The notes under the pieces are model-generated. The model saw only the letters and a program-made list of their open reading frames with translations, searched no databases and was not told the DNA's origin. A stretch of 64,000 nt of DNA from Mustelus asterias (Eukaryota): the NCBI RefSeq assembly GCF_964213995.1, contig NC_135808.1, positions 50,840,001 through 50,904,000 of the forward strand, read 5' to 3'. The translations under genes were made by a program, and so were the position numbers. Shown one piece after another: positions 1 to 12,665 of the stretch. The first letter of the stretch is position 1; every line of letters begins with the position of its first letter.

Positions 1-441
1 AGCACAATGTGCCTCAGCGCACGAATCATTTTTAGGGACAAAGGCATGCACGCACCCCCATCCCTCTCCCTTAAAACATTGTGGGTAGTTCCCATGTGTC
101 TCCTCCGGTTGGGGTCCCGTCCCCCTTAGAATTCCCGGCTCAGTGAGCTCTACACACCTTCCTTGTATCCCTTGCTTAAAGTACCCAATATGTTCTTTGC
201 AGGGTGCCCCCGATGTGTCAATAGTGAATAACTCTTGTGGGAGCCACCCTGGTGTTGCGATGAATAGGGAGTTTACTGATCGCGCTGAGGGGTAACAAGC
301 GGTCCTATTCCCATAGATCTGGATGTGTGTTTTCAGGAATAGGTTTCCTTCCATGATTGGTGGTTCTGCTCCCCTAACCCCCATATGTTGGAGTGTATTT
401 ACAATGGTCAGGGTTATTATCAGATATGTCCCTGTTCCCAT
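1..441 (-). CDS. env: Env-like glycoprotein N-terminus of the ERV; open for 147 codons to the window edge
   Basis: Manual translation from ATG at 441: MGTGTYLIITLTIVNTLQHMGVRGAEPPIMEGNLFLKTHIQIYGNRTACYPSARSVNSLF...NDSCAEAHCA, with no stop. Signal-peptide-like start, sequons NRT and NDS, several Cys, located just 3' of the integrase tail. Absent from the ORF track because it has no stop in the window. Confidence 0.65.
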   Translation of the reverse strand, partial: MGTGTYLIITLTIVNTLQHMGVRGAEPPIMEGNLFLKTHIQIYGNRTACYPSARSVNSLFIATPGWLPQELFTIDTSGAPCKEHIGYFKQGIQGRCVELTEPGILRGTGPQPEETHGNYPQCFKGEGWGCVHAFVPKNDSCAEAHCA

Positions 442-607
442 ATCGCTCTTTTTTTTTTTCAACAGTATTTTACAATTACAGTATATACAGAAAATAAACA
501 GGCAATTAAATTAAAAGTAGTTGGTTCCGACGTCTTGATAGTAGATCTGGTCCTGGTTCCTGTGGAAGTTGAATGAGCAAAACGGTATTTTTTTAGTTCA
601 TTTGTCC

Positions 608-901
608 TCATATAGTTTTAATTGGGTCCAGTGTTTCCAGACCCCCTGTCCCCTTTTTTTTTATACAGGCACAGGTATCTCCGCTAACAATGACCTCGTA
701 AGGTCCGTGCCATCTTGGGGCAAATCCTGGTTTTGCAGGAAGCACTTTTGTTAATACCCGGCTCCCGGCTTTTGGGACTTCTGGTAATATTTCTGAGTCC
801 CCCTCTGCGTTGACCTGTGCCTGATTAGAAATTACGGACCGGCGCATCCCCTTCAATTGGGTGCTAAGGTCTCGGATGTATTGTCGGATACATCCATTCA
901 T
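608..901 (-). pseudogene. pol: Retroviral integrase C-terminal remnant
   Basis: GSRVLTKVLPAKPGFAPRWHGPYEVI matches the GPY/F integrase tail; the following WKHWTQLK motif lies in another frame. Confidence 0.75.
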
Positions 902-2159
902 TTGTATGTAGTCTTATCAAAAGACATCGCTTTCCCCATTAAAATCACATGCCATACAGTTCCGATCTTTATATGAGTACTCTTACACTATCTCTAATTT
1001 GATCATTTGTTTGCGTGCAAGCGCTACACCACAGTACTTCACAAAATAATTATGTCTTTATCAATGCCCAATATAGTATATGAATATATCATACAAAGTT
1101 GGTTAAGGCTTTTCAGGATTTGATGTTATTCTTGTGTCTATATGGCAGTGCTATACTGTATAATAAAAATAATCAAGCGGCAGTTGTATCATACCACTTT
1201 ACACATCGTACCCGTGATATCCAAACCCTTTTAATTTAAGCCGTTTCTTTTTTTTAAACTGAGCTCCAGATCGAAACCCCCGCACTCTAGGAAAAGTAAC
1301 AGGCGCCGAATCAAAATCAAAGCAGGTACAATACATACCAGTTATTTGATTAGGAACATTTTGGTTTCTTAACTGGCTAGGTTTTAAGCTTTGCAGTGCT
1401 TTTATATTTGGCAAACCTTGAACCTTGATGGCTCATGAAATTCCGACGGCAGTACATAATTTTAACTAGTTCAGAATACTAAACTATCTGACGTTCGCAA
1501 ATCGCGATATTCTGCGATTAATACTGTATTTCACTGACTTGATATACTTTAAACTGACTCATAGACCTCAGTCTTTTGTTCCTGCTTTTCTACCTTTCCA
1601 CAAAATAACTTATTTTCTTCTCTTAACTCCTCAACTAACTCTTATAATTTCTACTTCAAGACAAAGGAAAGAGCACATGCTTCCTTCCAAGGTTTAAATC
1701 CTTTCTTAACATTAAAACAAACAACAACAAAGCATCCACGCAACCACTTTGTTTAAACACACACACACATACACATGGAAGCTTCCAAAAGTCATTCCAC
1801 AGTACATCCTTTTTCATTCAAACTTATCATTTCAGACTGGGATGAGTGTAAAACATTCAAAGAGAATACAGAACATTGATTAAGACAATCGCTTTTATTC
1901 TTCTTTCTTCCAAACTGTAATTAACTCAAAGCAGAAGTAAATTCAAGAAATCCTATCACTTTAATCTTTAACAGTTTTAACACTCTCCCAGCCCCCTAAG
2001 GCTAAACCAAGGTGCAATGTACTGCACCCACTGCCTGTAGCAAACATTCCACAGGAACAAAGAGCTCCCTGCTCTCAATCTAATTACAACAACAACCACC
2101 TACATTCGACAAGCTACCAGATCTCACAAACACACTGAAATACAAAAACTAAGATCTCT

Positions 2160-2666
2160 CCTATCCATCTGCTGCCTTTCCCCTGGCGTAAAAGGCTTAT
2201 AGGTTGCCTTTGGTTGTGCTAACGTCCCTCCTCTCGTGACTGGCGCTAGATTATAATTTTCTACGTTTTCTTCTGATGCTGGAGTGGCTGTATGTTTCTG
2301 CACTGACTCGTATGGGCGCCGAGGGTCCGTTTCCTCTGATCTCTGCGTTATCTCCGCAGTGTGTCTTCTGTGTTCTAATTCCCTCACTCTCTCCTGTAAT
2401 ACTTTAATTTGCTCTGTCTCTTTGTGTCTCTCCTCCATAGAGGCATTTACTTCCTCAATTAGTCCAGCTAACTGGGTCACTAATATTACTCCCATTACTT
2501 TTGTTTTGTCCCGTTTAACTCCGTCTACCCACTTTCTTTGATCTTCTAAAGTTTGTGATGCGTTCCACCCGTTCCGTTTCATCTTTGCAACAATCGCTTC
2601 TCTGGCTAACAGATACTTCAAAATGAGAGCTACTGCAGTTTCTCCCTTAACAACGTGGTCTGCCAT
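2160..2666 (-). pseudogene. gag: Truncated gag-like ORF
   Basis: MADHVV... with a coiled-coil stretch, then LAPVTRGG...YKPFTPGERQQ resembling a capsid start; ends abruptly in AT-rich non-coding sequence. Confidence 0.55.
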
Positions 2667-3787
2667 TTTTCTGTCTAGCAGTCCTGCAACCCCCGTATGC
2701 TGGCTGCTACAGTAAAAGTGCCTCAACTCTCTCCCTTATCTCCTGTCACTGATACTGCCCCAGCACCGTCTGTATTGCTGTAGGGCCTCGTAGTGAGGTT
2801 CCAGTGGGTCTCTTTCCCCTGGGCTCCCCCAACTATTCCTGACACCTCACGCTTGGACTATTTTGTGTTGTCTTATTGGGATGTGTGCTGGTTGTTTAGT
2901 GGGTTTGTCCGCCCCTGTTCCCAGCCCCTCTAAGTACAACGCCTCCCGCTCGGCCACCACCCCCACTAGCAGGGTTGATCCGTTACCCCCCAAAACCGGG
3001 TATCCTGCTATGGGCTGTGGTGTTCCCTACAGACGAACAAGGTTATCAAACTCCGCCCGGGTCCCTAATGGATCCTCCGTCGTCGTGTCTCTTGGTCAGG
3101 ATGGATCGGGTCCCCTTTTCCTCAACACTTACACACATGTATTCTGTTATCAAAGCCCCTGTTATAGTTAGTAACTGTATCGACTCTGAGGTTGTTCGTC
3201 CCTTCAGAGTCAGTGTTGTTACCCGATTTACACTGTCCGTGCCTTGCACCCTGAGTGCCTGTGCCTCTTAGCGCCCGCTTCAAAACCCAACCTTAGCGTG
3301 GGAGATTTCTCCTCTTAACGTCCAGTTTAGGGTAGGGCACCTTGAGTCAAGCACTCCCTTGTCCTATTGCCTTGGCACAGACAGTGGTTTCATTTACAAT
3401 CCTGGGTTAGTTACACCAATTAGTTCTGCATGCGGTACTTATCTTTATATTAGTCTTAATTCCTGTTATCAAATAGCCCAAAACCTGTTATCTTTCCCTC
3501 TGGTCCTTTACTCCTATTAAAGTTAAAAGTTACTTACCTTTTTCCACGCGGTCGTTCTGACCTGTACCTCTTTAGTGCGGACTTCTGTTTCAATTTAAAA
3601 ACTTAGGCAAGATTATACAGTTCTACAAGACAACAATACTTAAAACAGACAAACCCTAACCCTTAAAGGTACCTCACTTTGAACGGAGACCTGCACTCGC
3701 CTTTGACTGCTCTGGATTTGTATCAGATTCGTTTAAATTTGATCCCGACTTTCAAACTGTGGCCATCAGTCAGAAGTCAGATATCAA

Positions 3788-3807
3788 ATCCTGCCGTGAC
3801 TACGCCA
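3788..3807 (-). promoter_or_regulatory. Primer binding site, tRNA-Ser, with a 2-nt insertion
   Basis: Minus strand reads TGGCGTAGTCACGGCAGGAT, versus TGGCGTAGTCGGCAGGAT for the complement of the vertebrate tRNA-Ser 3' end; 3 nt from the LTR end ...CAACA. Confidence 0.8.
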
Positions 3808-3810
3808 TTT

Positions 3811-4525
3811 TGTTGTAGGGAAATATCCCTTACCAGTGCAGAATAGAAGTTGAGTCGCAAATCAAGGTTCAAAGCGTGTCTTTATTGTACAATTACTGGG
3901 ATCCCAGGGAGACCCCCGTAGCCAGCTCAGAAACAGTGGCTTGGCCACGTTGATCTCAATTAAATCACATCAGCTCTGGATCTTTATAGGGATCCAAAAT
4001 TCGCGCGGGAACATTTGATTATGCCTTTTTTTACACAATGTATAAAGTGGTCTGTCAGTTTCAAAAGTCCCTAGGAAGTTTCATGGATTAGCATTTGTAT
4101 GGTGTGTGTTCGTGTTAATGGGATTACTTGGTCCTGCCCCGGTGTCTAAATGCGTTTCCCATTACCATCTCTATGTGTCCTCTTATTTAAATTGATCCTA
4201 TTGTTCCGTGTCTGTGTTTCCTGCTTGTGAGATTGAGTGTTAATGTCATCCTGTCCTGTTGGGTGTCTGGGGTATTTCATTCTTAACCTTTTATCCTTAT
4301 CTCTTAGTTTATCAGATTTTTATGTCTGCCTTGGCCAGTTTAAAATGCAGCTACGTGCTGTTGCTAGGCAGATTAGGGATCTTCCGTAGTTTCTGAAATT
4401 CGTGAGTCTCTCAGCTGTGCAGGGGGGGACCCGATCGAATATCCATCCGGGGGTGCCCCTCTGCATTGTTGGCCCGTTATGAGTGGTGCCAATTAGTCCA
4501 ATAAGTAAATATGTTTGATGATACA
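3811..4525 (-). repeat. 5' LTR of the ERV
   Basis: Ends in CA next to the PBS; AATAAA (3881-3886) and TATAAA (3983-3988) on the minus strand. Outer end uncertain. Confidence 0.6.
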
Positions 4526-4687
4526 AATATGGTTTTCTGGAAAATTTCCTCCTTCAAGTTTATCACAGGAAGATAATGACGGAACATATCAGGGGCAGAG
4601 GGATAGAAACCTCTTGAAGGGACTTTCAAGACAGTCCAAACCTCCCCTACACACTGCTGCATTCTCACAGGAGATTGCTTTCTACCT

Positions 4688-5012
4688 CATAGAACCCCGA
4701 CAGTGCAGAAGGAGGCCAATCGACCCAGCTAATCTGCACCGACAACAATCCTCCCCAGCCCCTATCCCCATAACCCCATTTATTCACCCTGCTAATCCCT
4801 CTAACCTACACATCTTGGGACACTCATGGTCAATTTAGCTTGGCCAATCAATCTAACCTTTGGAGTGTTGGAGGAAACTGGAGCACCCGGAGGAAACCCA
4901 CAGACACCGGGAGAATGTGCAAACTCCACACAGTCACACCAGGCTGGAATTGAACCCAGGTCCCTGGCGCTGTGAGGCAGCAGTGCTAACCACTGAGCCA
5001 TTGTGCCTCCCC
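4688..5012 (-). mobile_element. HE1-like tRNA-derived V-SINE
   Basis: A/B-box head (TGGCTCAGTGGTTAGCACTGCTGCC...GGTTCAATTCC), V-domain core GTGTGGAGTTTGCACATTCTCC, CR1-like tail. Confidence 0.85.
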
Positions 5013-7131
5013 AGTCATTTATTTCACACACAAACACAGAAAATGCTGGAAAATCTCAGCAGGTCTGACAGCATCTGTGGAGAGAGAGTAGAGCCAACGT
5101 TTCAAGTCTAGAGTCTTGAGCGGGAGCGACTACCCAGGAGATGCCAGAGTGAGGGATAAGGTAATGGTTCACCGGGAACCGGAACGCCCGGGATTTGTTT
5201 CAGATTTCAGCATGCGCAGGATTTTGCTTTTATCTTAGACATTTATTTTACTGAATCTTTATTTAACCAGGTGAGTCAGTTGAGAACCAATTCTCATTTA
5301 CAACAACAACCTGACCAAGAGGCTATCGCCACAGCAACAGAAATGACAAAATACAATTGATTGAAAGATTAAAAACAATCCAACACAAATTAGCAGTGAC
5401 AGAGAATTGACAGTTTATTCAGTACAAGGATCAGTTAACAGAGATTTAACCCTTCAGTGAAAGGCTTCCATGGACAGGATGAGATTCCTATCCGCAGGAT
5501 TAGAGACTGACATGAATCACACTTTCTGCTACAAATCCCTGACTCCTTTACGGTGACAAACTCTCATCGTGTGGGTCGGACCCTCACTGGTTATGTATTC
5601 AGTCCAAGGTGGGACAGGATGTTAAACATCGACGCTGCCCCAGACCGAATGTCTCGGGGAGCGGTGGAGAGAACCCTGACCACAACCAGAAAGTTGATGG
5701 AACAAAGCAATCGAACAATCCCAAGGGGAAGGGGGCAGGTGAACCTGGCCACAGGAAAGACTAGGAAACTGGAGGATTCAGCAAGAAATCGAGGGGAGAT
5801 GGTGAGAATGCAGAATAAATGGAGGGAAGTAGGGAGGGTGACAGCAGCTGGTGAAACTGTTACAGTTTAATAGTTAGTCTGTGTATTTGCTGTTATCAGA
5901 GAGCTGTTGTGATCCAAAGTGGTACAGATGCTCATTGTAATAACTGGAGGAGACTCGATTTGGAAATAACTCACTAAAGGCTTTATTGATGAGAACTATT
6001 TACAATGAAGGGTTTAACAGCACAACGATACAGGTCTACTCCCAACAACATCCTGACTCCAACTGAAGCTTCCAGCCCCAGAAATGATCACCCTCACTCC
6101 CGATTGGCCCAGGATCACACCCTCGCACTCCATTGGCTCGGGCCTGGTCATGTGGCCCGTGAAGGATTGCCCCTGAAAGGGGCCAGGCTCACACACTCCT
6201 TGCCCCACAACTGCTTGGACTCCCTATGATAAAACAAAAAGGTAAACAGTTAACACATAGGCAGAGAAACAACAATATTACAGAAGGGACACCAGGGAAA
6301 GACAGTTCATAATGTCAGCTGGTCCAGAGATTTCCGGAACCTTGCGGAACGCTGCAACTCTGTCAGGGGCTCTTCAGCAGCCATCGACACGGGATCCACT
6401 GATGGGGTGGACGTGCTAACCACCTCTGGAGCTAGGCCCTGGACAGCCCCTTCCTCTGACTCACCCACCCAAGCCAGAGGCTGCCTTGGCCTCACCATGG
6501 ACATGGAGCTGTCTTGTTCAGAGGCTGGTACACACAAACTGGATACAGGGCCCACTTGCTCAGCTCCTGGAACTGGCTCTACTCTCTTGCGTAGGTGGCC
6601 AACATGCTCCTTAATTCAACGGCCCTGTGTCTCCCCCAAATATGAGACTGGTCCCGTCTTCTCCACAACTCTCCCTGGTACCCAGGCAGGTCCGCCACCC
6701 AAATTCCCTCTCAACACAAGGTCGCCATCATTAAACAATCCGTCCCCTTTCTGAGAGTCACAATATTCTTTCTGAGAGGCTTGCCGAGCCTCCACCCTCC
6801 CCGACAAATTTGGAGACACTAAATCTAAACAGGTACACAGGCACCGACCCATTAACAACTCTGCAGGTGTGACCTCGGCATGACCCCAGTGATGGCGTGA
6901 GGTGTAGTGTTATAGGACAGCAAATAACTGCCCAATCGCAATGGAACGGCCTATGAACCTGCTTCACATGAAGCCTTGAACGTCAGCATGGCTCGCTCCA
7001 CCAACCCATTCGAGGCAGGATGGTCGGGGGCTGACCTGACAGGACAAATGTCATTAAACTTGACCAAAGTCTGAAATTCATCAGCGTGAATGCTGCTCCG
7101 CTGTCTGATAGCAACGCTTCAGGAAGACCAT

Positions 7132-7829
7132 TGTTGGAGGTAAATAATACCTTTGAGACTAGTCGTGAGTCAAAGTGCAGTGGTTTATTTTCACAATTGT
7201 GGGAGAAGTCCGATCCCTAACGCGGTCTCCAGACTTCACACCGAATATGAGTTAAGATCAAATATTTATACATATATTTTCGCCCCTGGTCACGTCCGCA
7301 TCTTCCCATGATTATTGCTGCCTCAGCGATTCCATCCTTCACATAGTCCGCGTAATCATGGCCATCTCAAGGCTGTCTGTTTTGTCGTCTCTATGTGGAC
7401 TCCTGTGGGTTGTTTAGATTATAAGTTTGCACAAACAAGTTAACTGGTGTACAGGGGCCTTTAGAACACTTTATATCGGTGAGGATGAATAGTATATAAT
7501 GAATATATATGAATCTATGATTATACGATCACAGAAGGCATACATGTCAGCTCCACCATGTTAAACAAAGGTACATAATATAACTGAACATAAAATGGAG
7601 TCTAACTCAGCTTATACCAGCTGGGTTAGCCACATTCCTGACATACAACTAGCTGGGAAAAATCATGAACTTGGACACAGCAGCTGCTTCTCTTATCTGG
7701 GTGATGAAAACAAGTTCTAGACACAAAAACCATGAGCTCCACAGTGAGTCTCACAAATCTCTAAGTATTACAGAGTTCGGGTCTCAATGCTTAAGTGTTA
7801 CAAAGTTCATGAATCCATTCCCGTCTTCA
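7132..7829 (-). mobile_element. Solo LTR (698 bp) inserted in the Gypsy integrase
   Basis: TG...CA ends; 4-bp TSD CCAT (7128-7131, 7830-7833); AATAAA on the minus strand. Integrase reads IFVIHG|LPEALLSD across the insertion. Confidence 0.8.
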
Positions 7830-8815
7830 CCATGGATCACAAAGATCTGCCTCAGTTTATCGATGGTAAATGGAGGCTGTGATGGGTCTCATGAGCTGAT
7901 CGTCCAGCCACTTGGAATGGGTATCGACTGACATCAGGAACATCTGCCCCCAAAAATGTCCAGCCAAATCTACATGAAACCTTTTCCACAGACGGGCCGG
8001 ACATCCCAAGGGAGCATGTTCGCTGGTGGAGGTAACGCTTGCTGAGTCAGAAAACTCTCACACTGCCCAACCATTTGTTCAATGCCTCTGTCAATGCCAG
8101 GCCACCAGACATAACTTCTGGCCAACACTTTCATTCTGCTCTGGCCAGTTTGGGTATCATGTAACTCTTGGAGCAGTGGCCATTGCACAAGGGGGTGGTA
8201 CGCTGACACAGACCCCCCGACAATAGCACCCCATCTTCGCAGGGTATCTGGTCCCTGCAATGTAAATACAGCTTCATTTGCTCTGCCTTGTCCAAGTGCC
8301 ACCCGGTCAGTACCATTTTCTTGCCCTTTGCTAACACCGGCTCCCTATCTGCCCACGTCTGAGTGTGGGCTGCTGAGACAGGCAGGGTGTCCAAATAATG
8401 CAGAGCCAATACTATCTCCTGTGGAACAGGCGGTGACGGTATGGTCTGGGGTAGCGGCAGGCGGCTCAATGCATCTGCATTTGAGAGCTGTGTTCCTGGC
8501 CTAAGCTGGAAGGTTTAGATGTTTAGTGCCAGCAGCAATGCCCATCTCTGCCCCCTGGCAGAGGCAATAGGTGGCACTGGCTTATCCTCCCGGAAAAGCC
8601 CCAACAATGGCTTACGGTCTGACACGATGGTGAAATGCCGCCCATAGACGTATTGGTGAAATTCCTCACTGTGTAGATAACTGCTCGGCTTTCTTTGTCG
8701 ATTTGTGAGTACATTTTCTCAACGTCTGACAAAGTCCTCAAAGCAAATGAATTTAGCCTCTCCGTCCCATCTGCCAGTCTATGGAATAGAACTGCTCCAA
8801 CTCCATATAGCGTCA

Positions 8816-10700
8816 TACAGTCACACAGCACAGAAACAGGTCCTTCGGCCCACCATGTCTATGCTGGCCATCCAAACCAATCTATACTAATCCCATTTAC
8901 CTGCTCCCATATTCGAACCCCGGCAAATACAAACAACAAAGAACAAAGAACAATACAGCACAGGAACAGGCCCTTCGGCCCTCCAAGCCCGTGCCGCTCC
9001 CTGGTCCAAACTAGACCATTCTTTTGTATCCCTCCATTCCCACTCTGTTCATGTGGCTATCTAGATAAGTCTTAAACGTTCCCAGTGTGTCCGCCTCCAC
9101 CACCTTGCCTGGCAGCGCATTCCAGGCCCCCACCACCCTCTGTGTAAAATATGTCCTTCTGATATCTGTGTTAAACCTCCCCCCACTTCACCTTGAACCT
9201 ATGACCCCTCGTGAACGTCACCACCGACCTGGGGAAAAGCTTCTCACCGTTCACCCTATCTATGCCTTTCATAATTTTATAAACCTCTATTAAGTCTCCC
9301 CTCATCCTCCGTCTTTCCAGGGAGAACAACCCCAGTTTACCCAATCTCTCCTCATAACTAAGCCCTTCCATACCAGGCAACATCCTGGTAAACCTCCTCT
9401 GTACTCTCTCCAAAGCCTCCACATCCTTCTGGTAGTGTGGCGAACAGAACTGGACGCAGTATTCCAAATGCGGCCGAACCAACGTTCTATACATTTGCAA
9501 CATCAGACCCCAACTTTTATACTCTATGCCCCGTCCTATAAAGGCAAGCATGCCATATGCCTTCTTCACCACCTTCTCCACCTGTGACGTCACCTTCAAG
9601 GATCTGTGGACTTGCACACCCAGGTCCCTCTGCGCATCTACGCCCTTTATGATTCTGCCATTTATCGTATAGCTCCTCCCTACATTAGTTCTACCAAAAT
9701 GCATCAGTTCGCATTTATCAGGATTGAACTCTAAGTATTCCAATTGCCTTCTTCATCGCACTATCCCTCAGGGATTCATGGACTTGTACACCAAAGTCCC
9801 TTTGTTCTTCAATTCTCCCTCGGGACCTACCATTCATTGTGTATATCCAACCTTTATTAAATCTCCCAAAATGCATCACCTCATACTTATCAGGATTAAA
9901 TTCCATGTTTCATTGCTTTGTCCACCTTCCCCATCCCCAAAATGCTCACCCACTGATATTTCAACAACTTACCCGGCTCCATTCCGGAGGATTAGTTCGA
10001 GCACGGGCCATCCCAAGTTGGATTATCTATCTACTGACATAAAAAGCTCTCCTGGAATCACTTCAAAAATTCCACCCTGTCTAATCCTTTCACACTGAGG
10101 TGATTCCATTAATATTGGTGAGGTTGAAATCCCCGACTACCGCAGACCTATTCCTCTCACATCTCTCTCTGTGATTTGCTACATATCTGCTCCTCCATCT
10201 CCCTCTGAGTGTTGGGAGGCCTGTAGTATAATCCCAGCGCAATGATCGCCCTTTATATTTCTCAGCTCCACCCATATGGCCTCATTTGAAGAGCGTTCCA
10301 ATACCTCCTCCCTCATTACTGCAGGCTTGGTCTCTTTAATCAATAAAACAAAATCCCCTCCTCTCTTACATACCCCCCCCCCCCCCCGCCCCCCCGACCC
10401 CCATCACGCCTGAAACTTCTATACCCTGGAGTGTCGAGCTGCCAGTCCTGCCCTTCTTTCAACCATGTCTCAGTGACTGCAACAATCTCATATTTCCACG
10501 TGCTGACCAACTCTCTAAGTTCACCTGCCTGACCAGACAGGCTCCTTGTATTAAAATAGATGCAGTTTAGCCTTCCAATCCTCCCTTGTGCCTTATCATG
10601 CCCAAGTCTTCTCTGCCTGCTGGACTGACCGAGTTTTCCTTCTATATCTGACTGAATCTCACTCCAAACTGTACATCTACAGTGTGTCCCATCCCCCTGC
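8816..10700 (-). mobile_element. Stack of CR1 LINE fragments
   Basis: ORF2 end [12 protein letters not shown]...LGLFSLERRRMRGDLIEVYK (9171-9743), (TTCTTTG)n tail near 8932-8952, endonuclease VAVTETWL (10340-10570). Confidence 0.9.
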
Positions 10701-11499
10701 AAAGTATGGCGAGGCGTCACAAGTGATTCCGAATGGTTTGCTCGGGTCAAAGTGCACGAGCAATGACGATGATTGTGAAGCTGGTTTGACTTTTACAAAA
10801 GTTTCTTTCTGCGCTTCTCCCCAATTCCATCGCTGATGTTTGTTTAGAAGCTGGTGTGGGGAGGGGGGAACCAGAATTGTTGCTGAGTTCAGCAGGAACC
10901 TTCCAGTTGAGGAAGCCATTGGGAGGCTGGTGATCAGGGAGTGGGGGTGTCGGGGCCGGCAATTGGAGGGGTGGGTGGGGGGTGGGGACGCCATCAGGAG
11001 GCCAGTCTATTCGGGAAGGGGAGGTGGGGGTGGGGGGGTCGGGGGCTGTGATCAGGGGAGTGGGGAATTAGATTGGGGAAACCATCGCGAGGCAGGGATG
11101 CGGGGCTGCTGATCCAGTCCTCACGGGTGGGATTAACCCCGTCCACTGGCGTAAATCCCTGGCGGATTTTGTGAAACAGCAAGTGCCGGAAATTCCCCAG
11201 AAAACAGCGGGCAAATCTCCCATTTTTCCGCCCCAACGGCACATCATTTTTTGGGAAATTTGCCCCCCATCTTTTGGAGAGAGTGATGGACATTGGACAT
11301 GACCCACTAATAACACTCCGTCTACCTTCAACTCATTGTTTAACCTCCAGTCCACCTCCTGTTCCAATCCAGATGTTTCAGTCAAGGACTCAGATAGATC
11401 TACAACACAGGAGGAGGCCATTCAGCCCCTCATGTCTGTATTAGCTGTTTTACTAGACTCATTCACAACTAACAGCTCAGTTTAATGTGTGTTGTGGGA

Positions 11500-12665
11500 A
11501 AGTGACTGGAATGTTTTTTTAGAGACAGAACGAGTAAGAAACATGAACTGATCAGAGAGAGTCAACACGGATTTCAAAAGAGTCAGACATGTTTAAGTAA
11601 ACTGCTTACATTTGTGAACAAGCCACTCATGTGTTCAATAAAGGAATGTCTCTGGATGTTATTTCTATGCATTTCCAGAAGACATTCGGGTAGGTGCCAC
11701 ATGAGAGGCTGTGAATAAAAATGGAAGTGTATGGAATTTGAGGGAAGCTTTTGCCATAGATAAGGAATTGGTTCGGAGATAGGAGACAGAAAGTAGGGAT
11801 AATGTGTGTGTATTCCAATCAGCAAGCTGTGAATAGTGATGTCCCCAGGGGTCTGTGCTGAAGCCTCAGCTTTTCACTATATTTGTCAATGACTTGGATG
11901 AAGCAATAGAGAGACACATATCCAAGGTTACTGAGCACACTAAGTTAGGCAGCTTAGAGGAGGTTACAGAGATAGGGAGGGTGCAGGATAGGGAGGGATT
12001 TGAGAGGCAGGATGTTTATGTTAAAATCGGGGCATGGCTGGACCGGGGGTCAGTGTAGGTCAGTGAACACAGGGGGTGACGGGTGAACGGGATTTGGTGT
12101 GAGTTCAGATCCGGGCAGCAGAGTTCTGGGTGAGCTGATGATAACGGAGGGTGGTGGGTGTGAGGTCGGACAGGACAGCATTGGAATAGTAACGTTCAGA
12201 GGTAACAAAGACACGGATGAGATTTTCAGCAGCAGATGATGTGAGGCAGGGGGGACTCGGGAGATGTTACTGAAGTGGAACTAGGTGGTCTTAGTGATGG
12301 AGTGGATGATGTGGTGGGAAACTCATCTCAGGGTCAAATAGGACACCATGGCTGTGGAGTGTGTGGTTCAGTGTCAGACACTCCAATGGGGAAGGCATGG
12401 AATCAGTGTTGAGGGAACAGAGTTTGTGATGGGGTCTGAAGACAATGGAAGATGGAGTTCAATGTGGAGAATGTGAAAACACCCACTTTGGATCTAAGAA
12501 AGAGAGAGCAGAGTAATCTTTGTGATGTGGAGGATTTGGGGGGTCAGGTCAGGGTCAAAGATGAGGCCAATGTTGTCGAGAGTCTGGTTGAGCAGCAGAC
12601 AGTGCTCAGGGGGAGGGATGGAGTTTGTATCGGGAGCTGAAGACCAATGGCTTTGATCTTCCCAA
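11500..12665. mobile_element. Decayed CR1 RT (+) and L2-like (-) fragments
   Basis: LFTIFVNDLDE motif near 11870; degenerate LINE 3' sequence follows. Confidence 0.55.

Larger units (their letters stand above)
1..4525 (-). mobile_element. Defective endogenous retrovirus-like provirus (5' LTR, PBS, gag fragment, integrase tail, env); continues beyond the window
   Basis: On the minus strand, in order: LTR-like segment, tRNA-Ser PBS, splice donor, gag-like ORF, integrase GPY-type tail, splice acceptor, env-like ORF. The outer LTR boundary (about 4525) is a guess from a TGT start. Confidence 0.7.
5936..10860 (-). mobile_element. Decayed Mag-type Gypsy retrotransposon (RT end, RNase H, integrase, probable 3' LTR), split by later insertions
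   Basis: FDPSKPFGITCDASPY (about 10705-10760) continues as YGVGAVL..RTLSDVEKMYSQIDKE (about 8690-8810). Also MKVLARSYVWWPGID, HVDLAG..SKWL and GNLGGGPAWVPGRVVEKTGPVSY. Confidence 0.8.

Noticed and set aside
5030-5240. Second hammerhead in a Penelope-like fragment
   Set aside because: Only the GAAA half is present; no CUGANGA core seen.
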